A DNA stretch of 64,000 nt, taken from the NCBI GenBank assembly GCA_030264375.1, contig JASCQW010000130.1, positions 28,800,067-28,864,066 on the forward strand, in the 5' to 3' direction. Below, one piece after another: positions 25,531 through 38,772 of the stretch. The translations under genes were made by a program, and so were the position numbers. The notes under the pieces are model-generated. The model had not been told where the DNA came from. It was given only the letters and a program-made list of their open reading frames with translations, and did not search any database. The stretch comes from Carcharhinus longimanus (Eukaryota). Position 1 is the first letter of the stretch; each line of letters opens with the position of its first letter.

Positions 25531-27618
25531 GTCATAGAGTCTTAGAGATATAAGCACAGAAACAGGCCCTTCGGCCCAACTCATCCATGCTAACCAGGTT
25601 TCCTAAACGGAACTAGTCCCATTTGCCTACATTTGGCCCATAAACCTCTAAACCTTTCCCATCCATATACATGTCCTTTAAATGTTGTAATTGTACCCAT
25701 CTCTACCACCTCCTCTGGCAAATCATTCCATATTCACAACACCCTCTGTATGAAAAAGTTGCCCCTCAAGTACCTTTTAAACCTTTTCCCTCTCACCTTA
25801 AACCTATGCCCTCTAATTATGGACTCCCCTACCCTGGAGAAGAAGGTCTTGGCTATTCACCTTATCTATGCTTCTCACGATTTTATAAACCTCTATAAGG
25901 TCACCCCTCATGCGGAAGCTAGGCGCGGGGGCAGTCGGGAAGGGAGCGCGTGAGTATAAATCAGGTACTCACCCGAGGATCCCCTTCATTGTTCTCCGGA
26001 GCAGTGTACTTGCAGAGTGCTGGTGGCTGTGGTGAGTGTTCGATTTTCAATTTAGTTTTTTTCTCTCTATTGCCGGTTCACGGGGGTTTTTGTTTGTTTT
26101 TTCTTTCTGTAGCGGAAGCCAGGTGCGGGGGCAGTTAGGAAGGGAGCGCGGGAGTATAAAAAGGTCGCAGTAGACTGCGGGCAGCGGAGTGAGGTGGGTG
26201 CAGAGTGAGAGCTGTAAGGGCTTTGGCTCACTGGGCTTAGGCGAGAGCAAGCTTAGGCAAGGTGAGTTACTGGTTCCTTTTTTTTTCCTGTTTTCCATTT
26301 GTGTCCATAACTCTAAGGGTGGTCAGGTAAATGGCATGGTCCATGGGGAGNNNNNNNNNNNNNNNNNNNNNNNNNNNNNNNNNNNNNNNNNNNNNNNNNN
26401 NNNNNNNNNNNNNNNNNNNNNNNNNNNNNNNNNNNNNNNNNNNNNNNNNNAAAGATGTGCTATTAGGCTGACTGGTGTAACAAATTGTCCCTAAATTAGT
26501 CTTCCCTTAATGTGGAATGCCATAAGCGTAGACAAGGGTCATGGGTGGAGGGGGGACTCATAATGTTAAAATGGCAGCGCGGGCTCATTGGGCCGAAGGG
26601 CCTGTTTCCTGGGCTGTTTTGTTCTTTGTTCCTTGTTCTCATTCTCCTATGCTCCAGGGAAAAAAAAATCCCAGCCTATCCAGCCTCTCCTTATAACATC
26701 CTTGTCAATTTTTTTTGCACCCTTTCCAGTTTAATAATGTCCTTCCTATAGCAGGATGACCAGAATTGCATGCAGTACTCCAAATGTGGCCTTACCAACG
26801 TTTTGTACAGTTTTAGAGTCATAGAGGTTCACACCACGGAAATGGGCCCTTTGGCCCAACTTGTCCACGCCATTTTTTTTTAACCACTAAGCTAGTCCCA
26901 GTTGCCCATGTTTGGCCCACATCCCTCTATGCCCATCTTACCCATGTAAGTGTCTAAATGCTTTTTAAAAGATAAAATTTAGATAAGATACCTGCCTCTA
27001 CTACTACAACTCTGACAGCTTGTTCCAGACACTTACCACCCTCTGTGTGAAAACATTGTCCCACTGGATCCTTTAGTATCTCTCCTCTCACACCTTAAGC
27101 CTATGCCCTCTAGTTTTAGATTCCCTTAACTTTGGGAAAAGACGTTGATTATCTGCATTATCTATGCCACTTATTATTTTATAGGCCTCTACATAACATT
27201 GTTTTATAGACTGTAACATAGCGTTCCAACTCATGTTCTCAATGATCTGAATGATGAAGACAAGTGTCCCAAATCCCACCACCAAACCCCCCACCACCCC
27301 TGCCCTGGTCTACCTGTGAGACCACTTTCAAGATCTATGTACCTGCACCCCTAGGTCTCTCTGTTCAATGGCTCTACCATTAACTGTGTAAATGCTGCCC
27401 TAATTTGTCTTATCAAAATGCAACACCTCGCATTTATCTGAATTAAACTCCATCTGCCACACCTCAGCCCACTGGCCTAGTTGATCAAAATCCCATTGTA
27501 GTCTTAGATAACCTTCTTCACTGTCCACTACACTGTCAATTTTGGTGTCACCTGCAAACTTATTAGCCATGCCTCCTATATTCTCATCCAAATTGTTTAC
27601 ATAAATGACGAACAACAA
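25530..27618 (-). mobile_element. Cluster of CR1 LINE 3' fragments (minus strand), containing a plus-strand CR1 5'-UTR piece and a gap
   Basis: LFVIYVNNLD..KFAGDTK..WQMEFNSDKCEVLHF (27400-27618), KTRGHRLKV, and tail TGGGCCGAAGGGCCTGTTTC. Confidence 0.85.
25912..26350 (+). mobile_element. CpG-rich LINE (CR1-like) 5'-UTR with duplicated ~50-bp TATA-containing unit
   Basis: GCGGAAGC.AGG.GCGGGGGCAGT..GGAAGGGAGCGCG.GAGTATAAA at ~25912 and ~26112; each unit is followed by a GGTGAGT donor-like motif. Confidence 0.5.
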
Positions 27619-29013
27619 AGATAGTTTGATAGTGAAGTGAACTGAGAGGGGAGTTACCCTGGTGGAGTAGATGAAATCTTCATCACTCCTTTACTGCATA
27701 GCTCTTCATGGATGGGTGGCAGCCCTGCTGACCTGGGGAAGAGTACATGCTGGTTGGCCCAGATTCCTGAATAAGGACCTGAAAGGCCCTGGCAGTGAAA
27801 GCTGGTGCTGCATTCTTCCTAAGAAAGCTAGCCTTTTGCCTCTAGGCTGTTGACATCCTGCACATTCTGGTGAGGATATGTGGGCCAGAGAAACGTGCGT
27901 TGTACTGTTGTTTACATATGGCATCAAGACCTTCAATTCTGCCAGCTAATGGCAGGTGGGTGAATCAACTGCTGGCCCGCCAAGAGATTCAGAGGGGTGC
28001 AGGAGGTGCCCATGCATCACTAATGAGTTTCCAAGCACAGAATCTGGTATGATTCCTGCCATTCTGGCCAGCAAAAAAGAGCTGCCCATCATTTAGTCTG
28101 AAAAATAGAGAATTCCGCTCACAAGGAACCTGAATAGAAGATTATAAACAAAAATAAACCCTTGGCTGTGAGGAAAGGGAAGCATAATAATGCTAAATTG
28201 ATGGGTCAGATGGTTCTCTGAGCTATGTTATTGCATGATTCTATGCCCTTGAGTCAAGAAAGTTGCAATGCTGAATCACAGTATTATATCAACCAATTAT
28301 ATGTAAAATCCACCCAAGATTACTCTGAGTCAGTATTTTGCTACAATGATTAAGTTTCAAACTCACCATGCCATCCACCCATCCAAAATTCACCTTGTGC
28401 TTACACTAGGAACAATGATTGGACTGTAAGCACGATATGCTTTGCTTTAAACTCTATATGATGTTGTTAAAAATAACATAGAGAAAACTCACAAAAAGCA
28501 GGAGTTAGAAGAGCCTAATCTTTGAGAGGGAACAAAGAAGGGATAGAGAGCTAGTGGAATTACAGAGATCATTTCTACACTGGGAAAGTAATAAAGTTGT
28601 TTATTGCAGCAAGGATTGCATCAGTTATCCAATTCATACAGTTATGAATAAAGATTTATTTATTTGACAGATGGTCCGATACAGCAATCTGGAAGAAACC
28701 TGTCTCGTCAAAGCTAATGCTATAATGGCTTGCACAATGAATGAAAAAGCTGTCCTAGTCAAGGATGAGCTACAATTTCCTTCAATTAAACATTGTTATC
28801 GGTGCCTCACCTCATAAACTGTATTCCTTTGCCACTTATCCACCCACTCCCTGGCCACTCACTTGCTGTACCATATAAAACCTCAGCATCCTGTTCAACC
28901 CAAAACTGAGCTTTAAAATCCACATCCTGCTCATTACCAAGACTTCTTACCTTCATTTCTGTGTTTGCTACCTCTAATCTTTCCTCAGTTTGTGTTGCTG
29001 CTAGCATCTTGAG

Positions 29014-29080
29014 GAAGGTAGCAAGAGTCAGGAAGGTAGCAAGAGTCAAGAAGGTAGCAAGAGTCAAGAAGGTAGCAAGT
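29014..29080. repeat. 18-bp tandem repeat (AAGGTAGCAAGAGTCA[G/A]G), about 3.7 copies
   Basis: Directly visible; gives the (TLATFL)n pattern in the ORF track. Confidence 0.9.
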
Positions 29081-32000
29081 CCTGACCATGACTGCCCACC
29101 TCAAAAGTAAGAGCCCACACAATGCAGTCAACTTGGGAAAGAGTTTGGAGCGGTCATATTGGCTGTCAGGTGCTGAGGTAAGACACTTTAAAGGCCTATC
29201 CCAGGGCTTTGAGACTTTATCCCAGTTATAATGAAAAATATAAGGCACTCTTGCCGTCATTGTCATCCCCACAAACTTCATTCTCCATCCATGCTATCTT
29301 ATGCTCCCCACTCACCCCACATGGCCCCTCATGCCAAGCAATGGCACTCAATGGCCATTCACCCACTATATTGTACAAAACAAATGAACCACATAGTGAC
29401 AATAGGATATGCAAAAAAAGACATTCATTTTTAACTACCCACTTGTTAAAATTCATTTTTACTACAGCCCATTAAATGTATCAATCATCCAGACCCTTTA
29501 AACAATAAATATTGAAACTGTAAGCACTTAAAATATCTTTACCTTGTCTAAATAAACACTATATAATTGACCCAAGAGTTCAGAGATTAAAAGCTGTCAA
29601 TCAAGCAATGTTTGCCTCAGGTGTTTTAGTACCCTACTAGATATCTAGGCTTTCAGACAAGCCTTATTATTTACTTTTGGCTTTACACATCCTATTGTCA
29701 CCATAGAGTTCATTAGTTCTTTACAATGTATAGTGGGTAAATGGCCATTGAAGTGCCACAGATTGGCGTAGGAAGTGTGAGGGATAATAGGAGGTTAGTG
29801 GGAACGGTATACTTTCACATGGAGAGGCCTGTGAAGGATCTTTAGGACATACCTTTCAAAAGATTCTCTTGAAAAGGTATGGTCACAACACCTTTAATGC
29901 GCCATGAAGCACAAACACTTTGAAAAGTTGGACGGATTCCACAAAAATTGCAGAAGGGACATGCCTACCCTCCAATGAAGCTGGCCAGATCAAGAGTGCA
30001 AGGTGCGGGCTCATGACCCAAACTAGCCTGACCATTAAATGGCAGTCCTGAAAATCACAAATCCTGTGAATGGGGTCAGGAATCCAGGAATCAGGGCCCA
30101 GCTGCCATTTTCACCCCTCCACAGAGTGTCTACAACTCCATGAAAATTCAGCCTAATGACTCTGGGATGCTCCTGTGGATACTTTTCTCCTTGCCTTGTC
30201 CTCCTACATGTTGGTCTTCAGGGAGGCACCTGAACATCAAAGGACAATCATATATGCACACACACATATAATGCAATACAATTTCTAATTTTAAAAAATG
30301 TATTTATCAGCTGAAGGGACTGATAGCCCAAGACTGGCGGGTTTTACAAGTACATGATAGGGGAGGGTATAACTGCCAAATATGAAAAACCCAGCAACTT
30401 CCAGTTCCAAAGATGGAGTCTAACTGAGACTGTGTAGGCAAGGGTTCAAACCCTGCATCCTCTGATTCAAAGGCTGCCACCATGCAGAAGCACTCACTCA
30501 TGGAAATACGTGACCGTTGTATATAATTTACAGCTTGTTACAAATTTGGTGTCATAAGCTAATAATTCTTAATATATCTGCTTTTGTTGCTTCTGTTAAC
30601 TTTTTTGAAACTGTTGGTTCAATCAATTATTGCTACATGTCTAAAGGTGGTGTCTGTAACATATCCAAAGTTTCTGACAGTAATATCCTGGAAGTTATGC
30701 AAAAATACCCCAGCAATGCAAATTATGAAAGAGAGAATTAAGGAAATGGCAGGAGGAGAGTAAATCTATAGCTACACTGCAGTTTCCATATGGTGAAATT
30801 CACATTCTTTCTTTCTACCTCACAATTTATTAATACACTATTTAATTCAGCAAACAGGGCAAGAAAATAGCATTGTTATATCATGTCTGCGATCAGCTCA
30901 AGTAGGATTTATAAAACATAACTTGTTCATTCTTGTTCACAAAATTCTAATCAGCAGATGAGTTCTTGGCAGATGTTTTAGGGGTCAAGAAGCTTATTTC
31001 CTGACTATTCTTGCAGTGATAAGTGAATTCTAATTGGCTACTTTGAATTCCTGAGAGAATTCCATTACATTGCTAATCAGAAACGACAGACCCTACTGTG
31101 TAATTTTTGTGAGAATTGTAATTGACAAAACCAGGAAACTGACTTCCTTGGTTTCTTGAGATAGAAAAGTGGAGTGCACATTGTAAAACATCATTCAGCC
31201 CTTCCCTTTAGTATGAATATATGTTATTAGCATTTTGCAAAGAGATGGAGATTGGTTTTGGGAGAACTATATTATTTGTCCAAGCACATTTTCAGATTCA
31301 TTTTTTCCTGCCTAGGCAATTATAGGGCAAAATATTATGGACACCATTTACTGAGATACATAAAGTGAGAACAAAGCAAACGTTACTTGATAGATCTAAG
31401 ATTTTAAACCAAATATCATTCCATCAAAAAAAAACCGTACAATTTCAGAACTTTCAGAATGTAACCAAGTAACAACTACAATCCATCAAAGCGGTGGGGC
31501 AAAACCTTTTACTATAATGTGTGCACGTCACGGAAAGGGTGAATACAACTATTCTTCACAAGCCAAAATAATTTAAACTGGATATTAATTCTTATGACGT
31601 CAACATCTCAGTATATATTTTGTTTTAGTACCTTTACTCTTGGTCCCTTCAGCGAATAAAGCATCAAGAGAAGGTTATTTAATTTGACTATTGCAATGGG
31701 TACCTATTTGATGGAGTCTGGCATGTGGCTAACTAAATTAAACTTTGACAAGTATGTTTTTGGGGGCTCAGGTTACAATTTGCCCTGGGTCCAAATGTGT
31801 ATAATTTGCACCTCTGCGGTTGTTTGTCCGCTTCCTAGGCACACTAGCTGTTGTTATTCTTCCAAGCTTCTAGGGATGAGGAAATTTCTGGCTGGGGAAT
31901 CCCACCCCTGATATCGGAAACCTAGTTTGGGGTGGATCAAGTCTCATCCATAAATCCCATTCCCCAGAAAAATCTGGGATCCTCCGTGACCGCTTTCATG

Positions 32001-32320
32001 GTGGGAATGTGCTGAAGTGACACAGATTTTCAGCTCCTAAAGCTACAAACAACTATCACTAACAAAGGTAGAATAAAATTGGATATATAGCTTTAACAAC
32101 CAGACTGGAGTTTTTATCCGGGGAATTAGATATTCTGGCCTAAAAACTACCTGGAATTCTGCCAAAAGCCTGAGGAAACATTTTTTTAGGCAGCTGGGAT
32201 TCTGTAACCTCACACCAGTTCCATTCCCCTCCCCCTTCCTCCATTACTCAGTCTGCTGCTCCGCTCTAGGATTGTAAAGCACACGGCTTCTACTAACAGC
32301 AAAACGTTCTGTAGACTAAC

Positions 32321-32450
32321 CTGAGTACAACCTGAAATGTCCAGGTAGACGAGCTTGTGGCAGCCCTTTCCGGTAGCAAGGTAATTCAAACCTTTATTTG
32401 TGAATTTCTTTGAGTAAGCTAAGCTCAAAAACTGTAGATTCAATCCAAAC
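32321..32450 (-). CDS. FBXL13: FBXL13 (F-box/LRR protein 13, DRC6) coding exon, 130 nt
   Basis: ttctttcaag|G TTT GGA ... ACT CAG|gttagt. Peptide (K)FGLNLQFLSLAYSKKFTNKGLNYLATGKGCHKLVYLDISGCTQ resembles human FBXL13 NLQNLSLAYCRRFTDKGLQYLNLGNGCHKLIYLDLSGCTQ. Phase matches the previous exon. Confidence 0.92.
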
Positions 32451-33759
32451 CTTGAAAGAAAGTAGATGTATTTCAGTGACATCACAATTAAGGCATAAAA
32501 TAGGAAAGCTATTACGGGCATCTACAATGCAAAGTTTACTTACTGTAATTTTAAAGTTATCGTTTTTGGCAGCATTAAATCAGAAACAAACACTTTTGAG
32601 TAATGTAACAGCCATGTATGAGGAATGAAAAATGCATTTAAATCTCCATGGCAAGTCTTTTGACTGAGTTTTTTCAGCATTTTCTGTTTTTAGTCCTTTG
32701 ACGTTGTTCATTTAAACTTTTCAAATAAACAGCTATTCAGTACATTAACAAATCAGCTTTTTTAGTTTTAGATAGGAAGAAAAAGGCAAAAATAAAAATG
32801 TAATTTTTACATTTTATTACACTTATAAAGCTACAAAACGTGACATAAAATCAGTTTCAGTGTCACATTTTCTGTCTTGTAATGACTACACTATTGTAGT
32901 CTTACATTTGTTTTTAATTAACCCAAGCAAAGAGCTTGTGTATCCGGAACAGAGCTATGCTGGTAACTATCATGCCTAATGACATTCAGTGTTATTTATA
33001 GAATGTTTCTTTTCCACTACCTGCCAGGAAAGCCTTCAATATAGAATATTGAAAATAATTCAAGTTCCATGGCATTTATTAATATTAAATTTACTTGCAT
33101 TTGTTTTTAGTTAATCCAAACAGAGAGCTTGTACTACCAGAACTATTGAGCTTTTGGCATCCAGTTTTTTATTCAGCATTGATGTAACTGTTTTGCAAGA
33201 CAAAGCTATCAATATGGTAAATTTTAACTTATTTTCTGTATGCATATTAACTACCCAATCTGGCGTACTTCAGTATTGCAAACATGAACTGCTATTTGTA
33301 ATATTAAAGTACTACTTTTAAAATTAGAGGCAGAAATTCAGATATACTCAATTGCATTTGTATTTTGGCATCCTTTTACAGATCAAATTATAATTAATAT
33401 AGCATTTATATTATCTTATGTAAAGGTGCTTAAAATATTTTGACGTGATGTATTACATTATTAAAATATTTTATGTGGAGTGACTGTTAATTTTTTGCCA
33501 ACATGAAGAAAAAAACTAATCTCTTCATACATCATTCACATACACCTACTGACAAATCAATGAAGTACTCCATTGTTATCATTTCTACTAAGTAAATGGA
33601 ATAATTAAATTGGATGCAATGAAGAAAATAAGGAAACGTAAAAGGTTTAGCGTGAAATGAAGAGGATATGGTGTATATCTGAGATAAGCTAGNNNNNNNN
33701 NNCTATGGCTGTGAAGTTCTGGTAGGGATAGGTATGACAAAATAATAATGGTGACTTAC

Positions 33760-33860
33760 TTTGATAATGACCTTAGTGTCCCATCACTAATAGCAGTGTA
33801 AGACAGGTTCAGGTACAGAAGTGAAGTACACATTTCCACCACCATAGACACAAATTCGTC
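33760..33860 (-). CDS. FBXL13: FBXL13 coding exon, 101 nt
   Basis: tgtttag|GAC GAA ... TCA AA|gtaagt. Peptide DEFVSMVVEMCTSLLYLNLSYTAISDGTLRSLS(K) is an LRR. Phase 0/2 fits both neighbours. Confidence 0.9.
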
Positions 33861-35034
33861 CTAAACAGTGGATAGAAACAACCAAATAGAGTAAAAATAA
33901 ACATGCATACATATTATGTCACTTGCAACCTCTGAATAAATGCAGTAAAGATTTGCTCAGGATATTTCCAGAATAAAAGTAGATCTAATTTCCTGCTTTG
34001 CAAATTTCATTTGTCTACAGGGAATTGGCGAACATCTGTACCACTTTCTTAACAGGATAGTTCAGCTCATTAATTTTCTAGTTGTAAAAATTAGTTGCAA
34101 AAATTAGAACAAAAATTAGGATTGTTAGAAAATACAAATGCTGTTTCCAGATTATTTGTCAGTATTTTAAATGGCTTCTTGGATTTTCTAAGGAATTGGG
34201 TGACCCTACAAACATAATCAAATGACTGTAACATTATGCATTCTCAGAAAGTCTCTATTTAAATAATTTAAAAATTAAACTCAATTACCTCAAACATGAT
34301 TCTTAGTCCTAGGTTTATATATTTGCAACATGCTAAAAAATTAGAGAATGCAGTGGGAAAAGAGAATTGTGATTTTCATTGTCTTGGAAGATTGAGAGGA
34401 GATTAAAAAGACAGTTTTGTGAACTTTGTGACAATGAAAATTTATTTATGAAAAATCACCAATAACATCTTGTGCGACTGTGACAAAAGAAGATATTCCC
34501 TTTAAATCCTTCCTGACTTGCAGCCTTTGACATTGTTGACCACACTTTCCTCATGCAACTTACTTAGTTCAATTCTTCTCTTTCTAATCTTGGACAGAGG
34601 CTTGGATTTTTGCTCTCCAGTCAGGTAGCTAAGTCAGGAAATTTCCAAGTTTGCCACCCCATCCTCAGGAAAAAGGCTTCCAAAAGGCAGGATTTTCATT
34701 CCAGGGGAGGATGGGGTTGTGGGACAGAGTCAAGTCCACCACCTCATGGATACAGCCACAGGGATTGCCAAGAAAGACTGTTTAAAAGTACCACCTTGGT
34801 TTTTTTTGGGACTTCATCTCAGTTGTTCCGATTGATATTAAGCCCTCTAGCCCTCACCCCTACTCAGTCTCCCATCCACTCTCTTCACAACCCATGCCTA
34901 CACCCACCCCCCGGCCTCATAAAGCCCCAAATGACTTTAATGCCAACTCACATCAACCCATCTTGTCTTTACATCCTCCATGCCAACTCACTCAATATCC
35001 ATCATGGAAAAACCTCAGGAACCATGTGCAAAAA

Positions 35035-35349
35035 CACATGGCGATACTGTGGTTAGCACTGCTGCCTCACAGTGCCAGGGACCCAGTTTCGGTTCCTGGC
35101 TTGGGTCCCTGTCTGTGTGGAGTTTGCATGTTCTCCTCATGTCTGTTGGGTTTCCTCTGGGTATTCTAGTTACTCCCATAGTCCAAAGATGTGCGGATTA
35201 AGTGGATTGACCATGCTAAATTGCCCCTTAGTGTTAAGGGTATTTGCCGGGTAAATACGTGGGATTACGAGGATAGGGCCTGTGTGGGATTGTTGTCAGT
35301 ACAGGCTTGATGGATCAAATTGCCCTCTTCTGCACTGTAGGGATTTTAT
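35035..35349 (+). mobile_element. HE1/V-SINE-like SINE
   Basis: A box TGGTTAGCACTGCTGCCTCAC, central conserved domain, CR1-type tail. Confidence 0.85.
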
Positions 35350-36037
35350 AGGCCCTACTTCATCATTTTGATTCTAAGTGCTGGGTGGATTTGAAACTGG
35401 GAGTGGTTCAGATCCGACTTTTAGACCCGTTCTCAGGCACCCCCATACACATTTACCTACAAAAATATCAGCGATTCCGAATCGCGCTGCAGAAGTACGT
35501 GGGCAGGATTTAACATACCTGGAACCCTGCAAATCCGATCGGTGCCACCAACTGCGCATGCGCAGAACACCCCTTTCCCCCTCACTGATCTCAGACAAAA
35601 TGGCAGCAGACCCTCCCTTCCCCCTCACTGACCTCAGGCAGAGTGGCAGCGGACCCCCTTCATCCCCTCTCACCGATCTTAAGCAGAGAGTCGTCGGATG
35701 CTAGGCACCTACCTCCTCATAACTGGAGCGCCCGAATCGGACTTTTGTGGAGCACATCTGTTTTCTGCCAATTCTGGATGAGCGAACAAGGTGGTAAAGG
35801 GGGAAATGCCGCTAAAGTTGGGCGTGCAGCCCTTTAAGTCAATTTAAATACATACAAATACATTTAAATAGCCATTGCGCCTGTTTTGGGCGTAGTCCTG
35901 ATCATGGCCATTTTCGGGCCCTGGTAAAGGGGGAACTGGCGTAGAAGCAGGCGCAGATCATGCTACTCGCCTCACGCCCAACTTTACCAAGTTTCTGCAC
36001 CCGAAAACGAGCACAACACAATGGTAAAATTGGGCCC
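35350..36037. mobile_element. Non-autonomous Harbinger-like MITE with imperfect TIRs and possible TAT TSD
   Basis: Left (A)GGCCCTACTTCATCATT versus right AATGGTAAAATTGGGCCC; TAT on both flanks; internal minisatellite; second copy at 9892. Confidence 0.65.
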
Positions 36038-37561
36038 TATGTATCTCAGTACCAGTTCAACAGACCAGTGTACTAGTCCCAACAATCTTTAGCTGCTTCA
36101 TCAATGACCTTCCTTCCATCATAAGGTCAGAATTAGGGATATTCGCTAATTGCACAATTCTCAATTCTTCAGATACTGAAGCAGTCAATTTTCAAATTCA
36201 GCATAACCTGGACAATATCCAGACTTGGGTTGACAAGTGGCAACTAACATTTGTGCCACCCAAGTGCCAGGCAATGACCACCTCTGATAAGAGAGAAACA
36301 TCGCCTCTTAACATTCAATGGCATTAATATTGTTGAATTCCCCACTATCAACGTTAACCAGAAACTGAACTGGACCAGATAATAAAGTCCAAAGATGTAT
36401 GGGTTAGGTTGATTGGCCATGCTAAAGTTGCCCCTTAGTGTCCTGAGATGAGTAGGTTAAAGGGATTAACGGGTAAATAGGGATGTGGGGATAGGGCCTG
36501 GGTGTAGTTGTGGTCAGTGCAGACTCAGTGGGCCAAATGGCCTCTTTCTGCGCTGAGAGGTTTCTATGGTTCTAATTACTGTGGCTACCAGATCAAAGAC
36601 TAAGAACGGGGCAAGTATTTAGCCTGCTGACCCCCAAAGCTTGTCCACCATCTACAAGGCATGGTTGTTCACTGTTTGCACTAAGTGCCATACAGTATGG
36701 TGGAAAAACGCCCCATTGGTGTCACTAATGCCACTTTCCTCTCATTGGACATTACCAATTTGTGGGATGATTCCACCCTCCCTTTCAATCCTTTGCCTGC
36801 CTGAATTAGTTGGTCTCACCTGGGACACTGGTTCCATTGTCCTACATACTCTTGGATTAGGAATGGGAAAATCAGTCAAGTATCTGTCTTCTGTGTGACA
36901 CGTGGTGTCCCTGATGGAATATATACAAGTACGGATATTGACAGAGTAAAGCACTCAGGGACACTGAGTGCTTTACTCTAGTGCCTGCTATTTGGTCAGA
37001 TAAAATGATGACACACCTCAGCCAGCTTTGAGCACTCGAAGATAATTTTGAGGCAAACTCCCAGGCCTCACTTTTGTCCTGCCAGCCAGTTGCCCAGTTG
37101 GATAAAAGCAGCAACTGGACGGTAGGTTGGAGTGGAAAATTATACTTGTGGCTCTACAGAAGAAAGTTTTTATTAAATGTGCCTTCAAGGTCACTTTGAA
37201 CTTCTGACAGCTGTCAGTTTAATGCTGTGGAAAAGTCGCAGCAGTGTCCTTGCTAATGGCCAGGATTAAAATGCAATCAGTTTTCCATTGATGTCACGGA
37301 ACCCTAATTGCATTGAAACTTTGAAACTGCCGAGTCTGGCGACTGTCTCAATCATTACCAAACCCACTGAAACCCAAAATGACAGCAACAGAGCAGGAAG
37401 TGGAGCTTCTGCATTTCAATTGCTCATTCACATCATCCTCAATAAGCAGAAGGTGAATTAAAATTTCCTCCATAAATAACCATTTGGCTCAGTACTAGCA
37501 CATCTGTATTCCAGCAGGGATCACTACCTTAAGAAGCTTGAATAAGAAATTTTCCACTTAC

Positions 37562-37614
37562 GGTTAAACTTCTACACTGACTTAAATTTAGATCCTGCAG
37601 ATTTCGACAATCAC
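37562..37614 (-). CDS. FBXL13: FBXL13 coding exon, 53 nt
   Basis: gtatttcag|GT GAT TGT CGA AAT CTG CAG GAT CTA AAT TTA AGT CAG TGT AGA AGT TTA ACC|gtaagt. DCRNLQDLNLSQCRSLT resembles human HCRNLQELNVSDCPTFT. Confidence 0.88.
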
Positions 37615-38467
37615 CTGAAATACACAATAAAGAGTATAATACACAAATGTTCATTTTGCATGAGAACAGTGTACATATTAGTTGATCTCTTTAGGTGTTG
37701 AGCATGCTGAGACAAAGGATATGGGAAGCTTATAAGAAAGGAGTATTTATGTTATGTAGTGAATAGCATCACAGCCTACAATGATCTACCATTAATGGTG
37801 GAACAAGTAAAATCAATTTGTGTATTTTGGGAATTTGTTCTAAACAAAGCAAAAGAAAAGTCAATGGATAAACCTAATTATATTCATATGAAATATAGAA
37901 TTTTAAGTTTTGTTTAAAACTTTACCCTTTCTTTGAAATTTCAACTCTGCAAATTATCAATTCAGTTCTTCAAAATGCATTTTTGAGTGATTCAATTGGT
38001 TTATTTAAAATGAATCAGCACAAACATATTATTGTTACTTTGACATTGTGTTTAGATAAGGTAACCTATTAAAAATGTTTCCATCAAAGAACCAATAAGA
38101 CTTTTAATTCCTCATAAACAAGACAAGAGTAAATAACTGGACAGTCAGATTACTAGGCAATTATCATTTTAAATGTTCCCTGGTATTTTTTGTCTTTTTC
38201 TGAGGAGTAGATGCAGAGATTTATCTGTAGCTCCTGAAGATATAGGTTCAAATAGTCAGGCAACACAGCAGTGGGTGTTCCTGCTTCATTTTGTGACTCC
38301 TACATTGGTTGGTGCCTCAGGGTGTCAGTAAAGCTGGCATTGTAGCCTGCAATTGAGTCCAGAGAAGATTTCAAGAAAATGTTTAGTGTAAACAGTTTTG
38401 TTGTAAATGTTATTATAACTTACAATGAAGAAGGTTTATGCAAGTGCACATTGATGTGAGATTTTCA

Positions 38468-38772
38468 GTTTAGTTTATTTTATTTATTAGTGTCACAAGT
38501 AGGCTTACATTAACACTGCAAGAAGTTATTGGAAAATTCTCTAGTCACCACATTTCAGGGCCTGTTTGGGTAAAATGAGGGAGAATTTAGCAAACCAATG
38601 CATCTAATCAGCACATCTTTTGGACTGTGGGAGAAAACCGAATCACTTGGAGGAAACCCACACAGACATGGGGAGAACGTGCAGATTCCACATGGACAGT
38701 GATCCAAGCCGGGAATCGAAACCAGGTCCCTGGTGCTGTGAGGCAGCAGTGCTAACCACTATGTCACCATCT
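38468..38772 (-). mobile_element. HE1-like SINE head and body with an alternative (non-CR1) 3' tail
   Basis: Minus strand has TGGTTAGCACTGCTGCCTCACAG, GGTTTCGATTCC, and tail GCAGTGTTAATGTAAGCCTACTTGTGACACTAATAAATAAA. Confidence 0.8.

Noticed and set aside
29014-29080. CRISPR-like array or repeat protein
   Set aside because: Head-to-tail 18-mers without spacers in eukaryotic intron DNA; a simple minisatellite.
1-32320. Further downstream FBXL13 exons
   Set aside because: No LRR-like exon with splice sites was recognised by eye. The next exon is probably outside the window or in a gap, though a short diverged exon could have been missed.
37204-37217. Palindrome CTGACAGCTGTCAG (Meis/TGIF-like site) as an enhancer
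   Set aside because: It appears to lie in a decayed MITE-like segment, and a single motif is not enough evidence.
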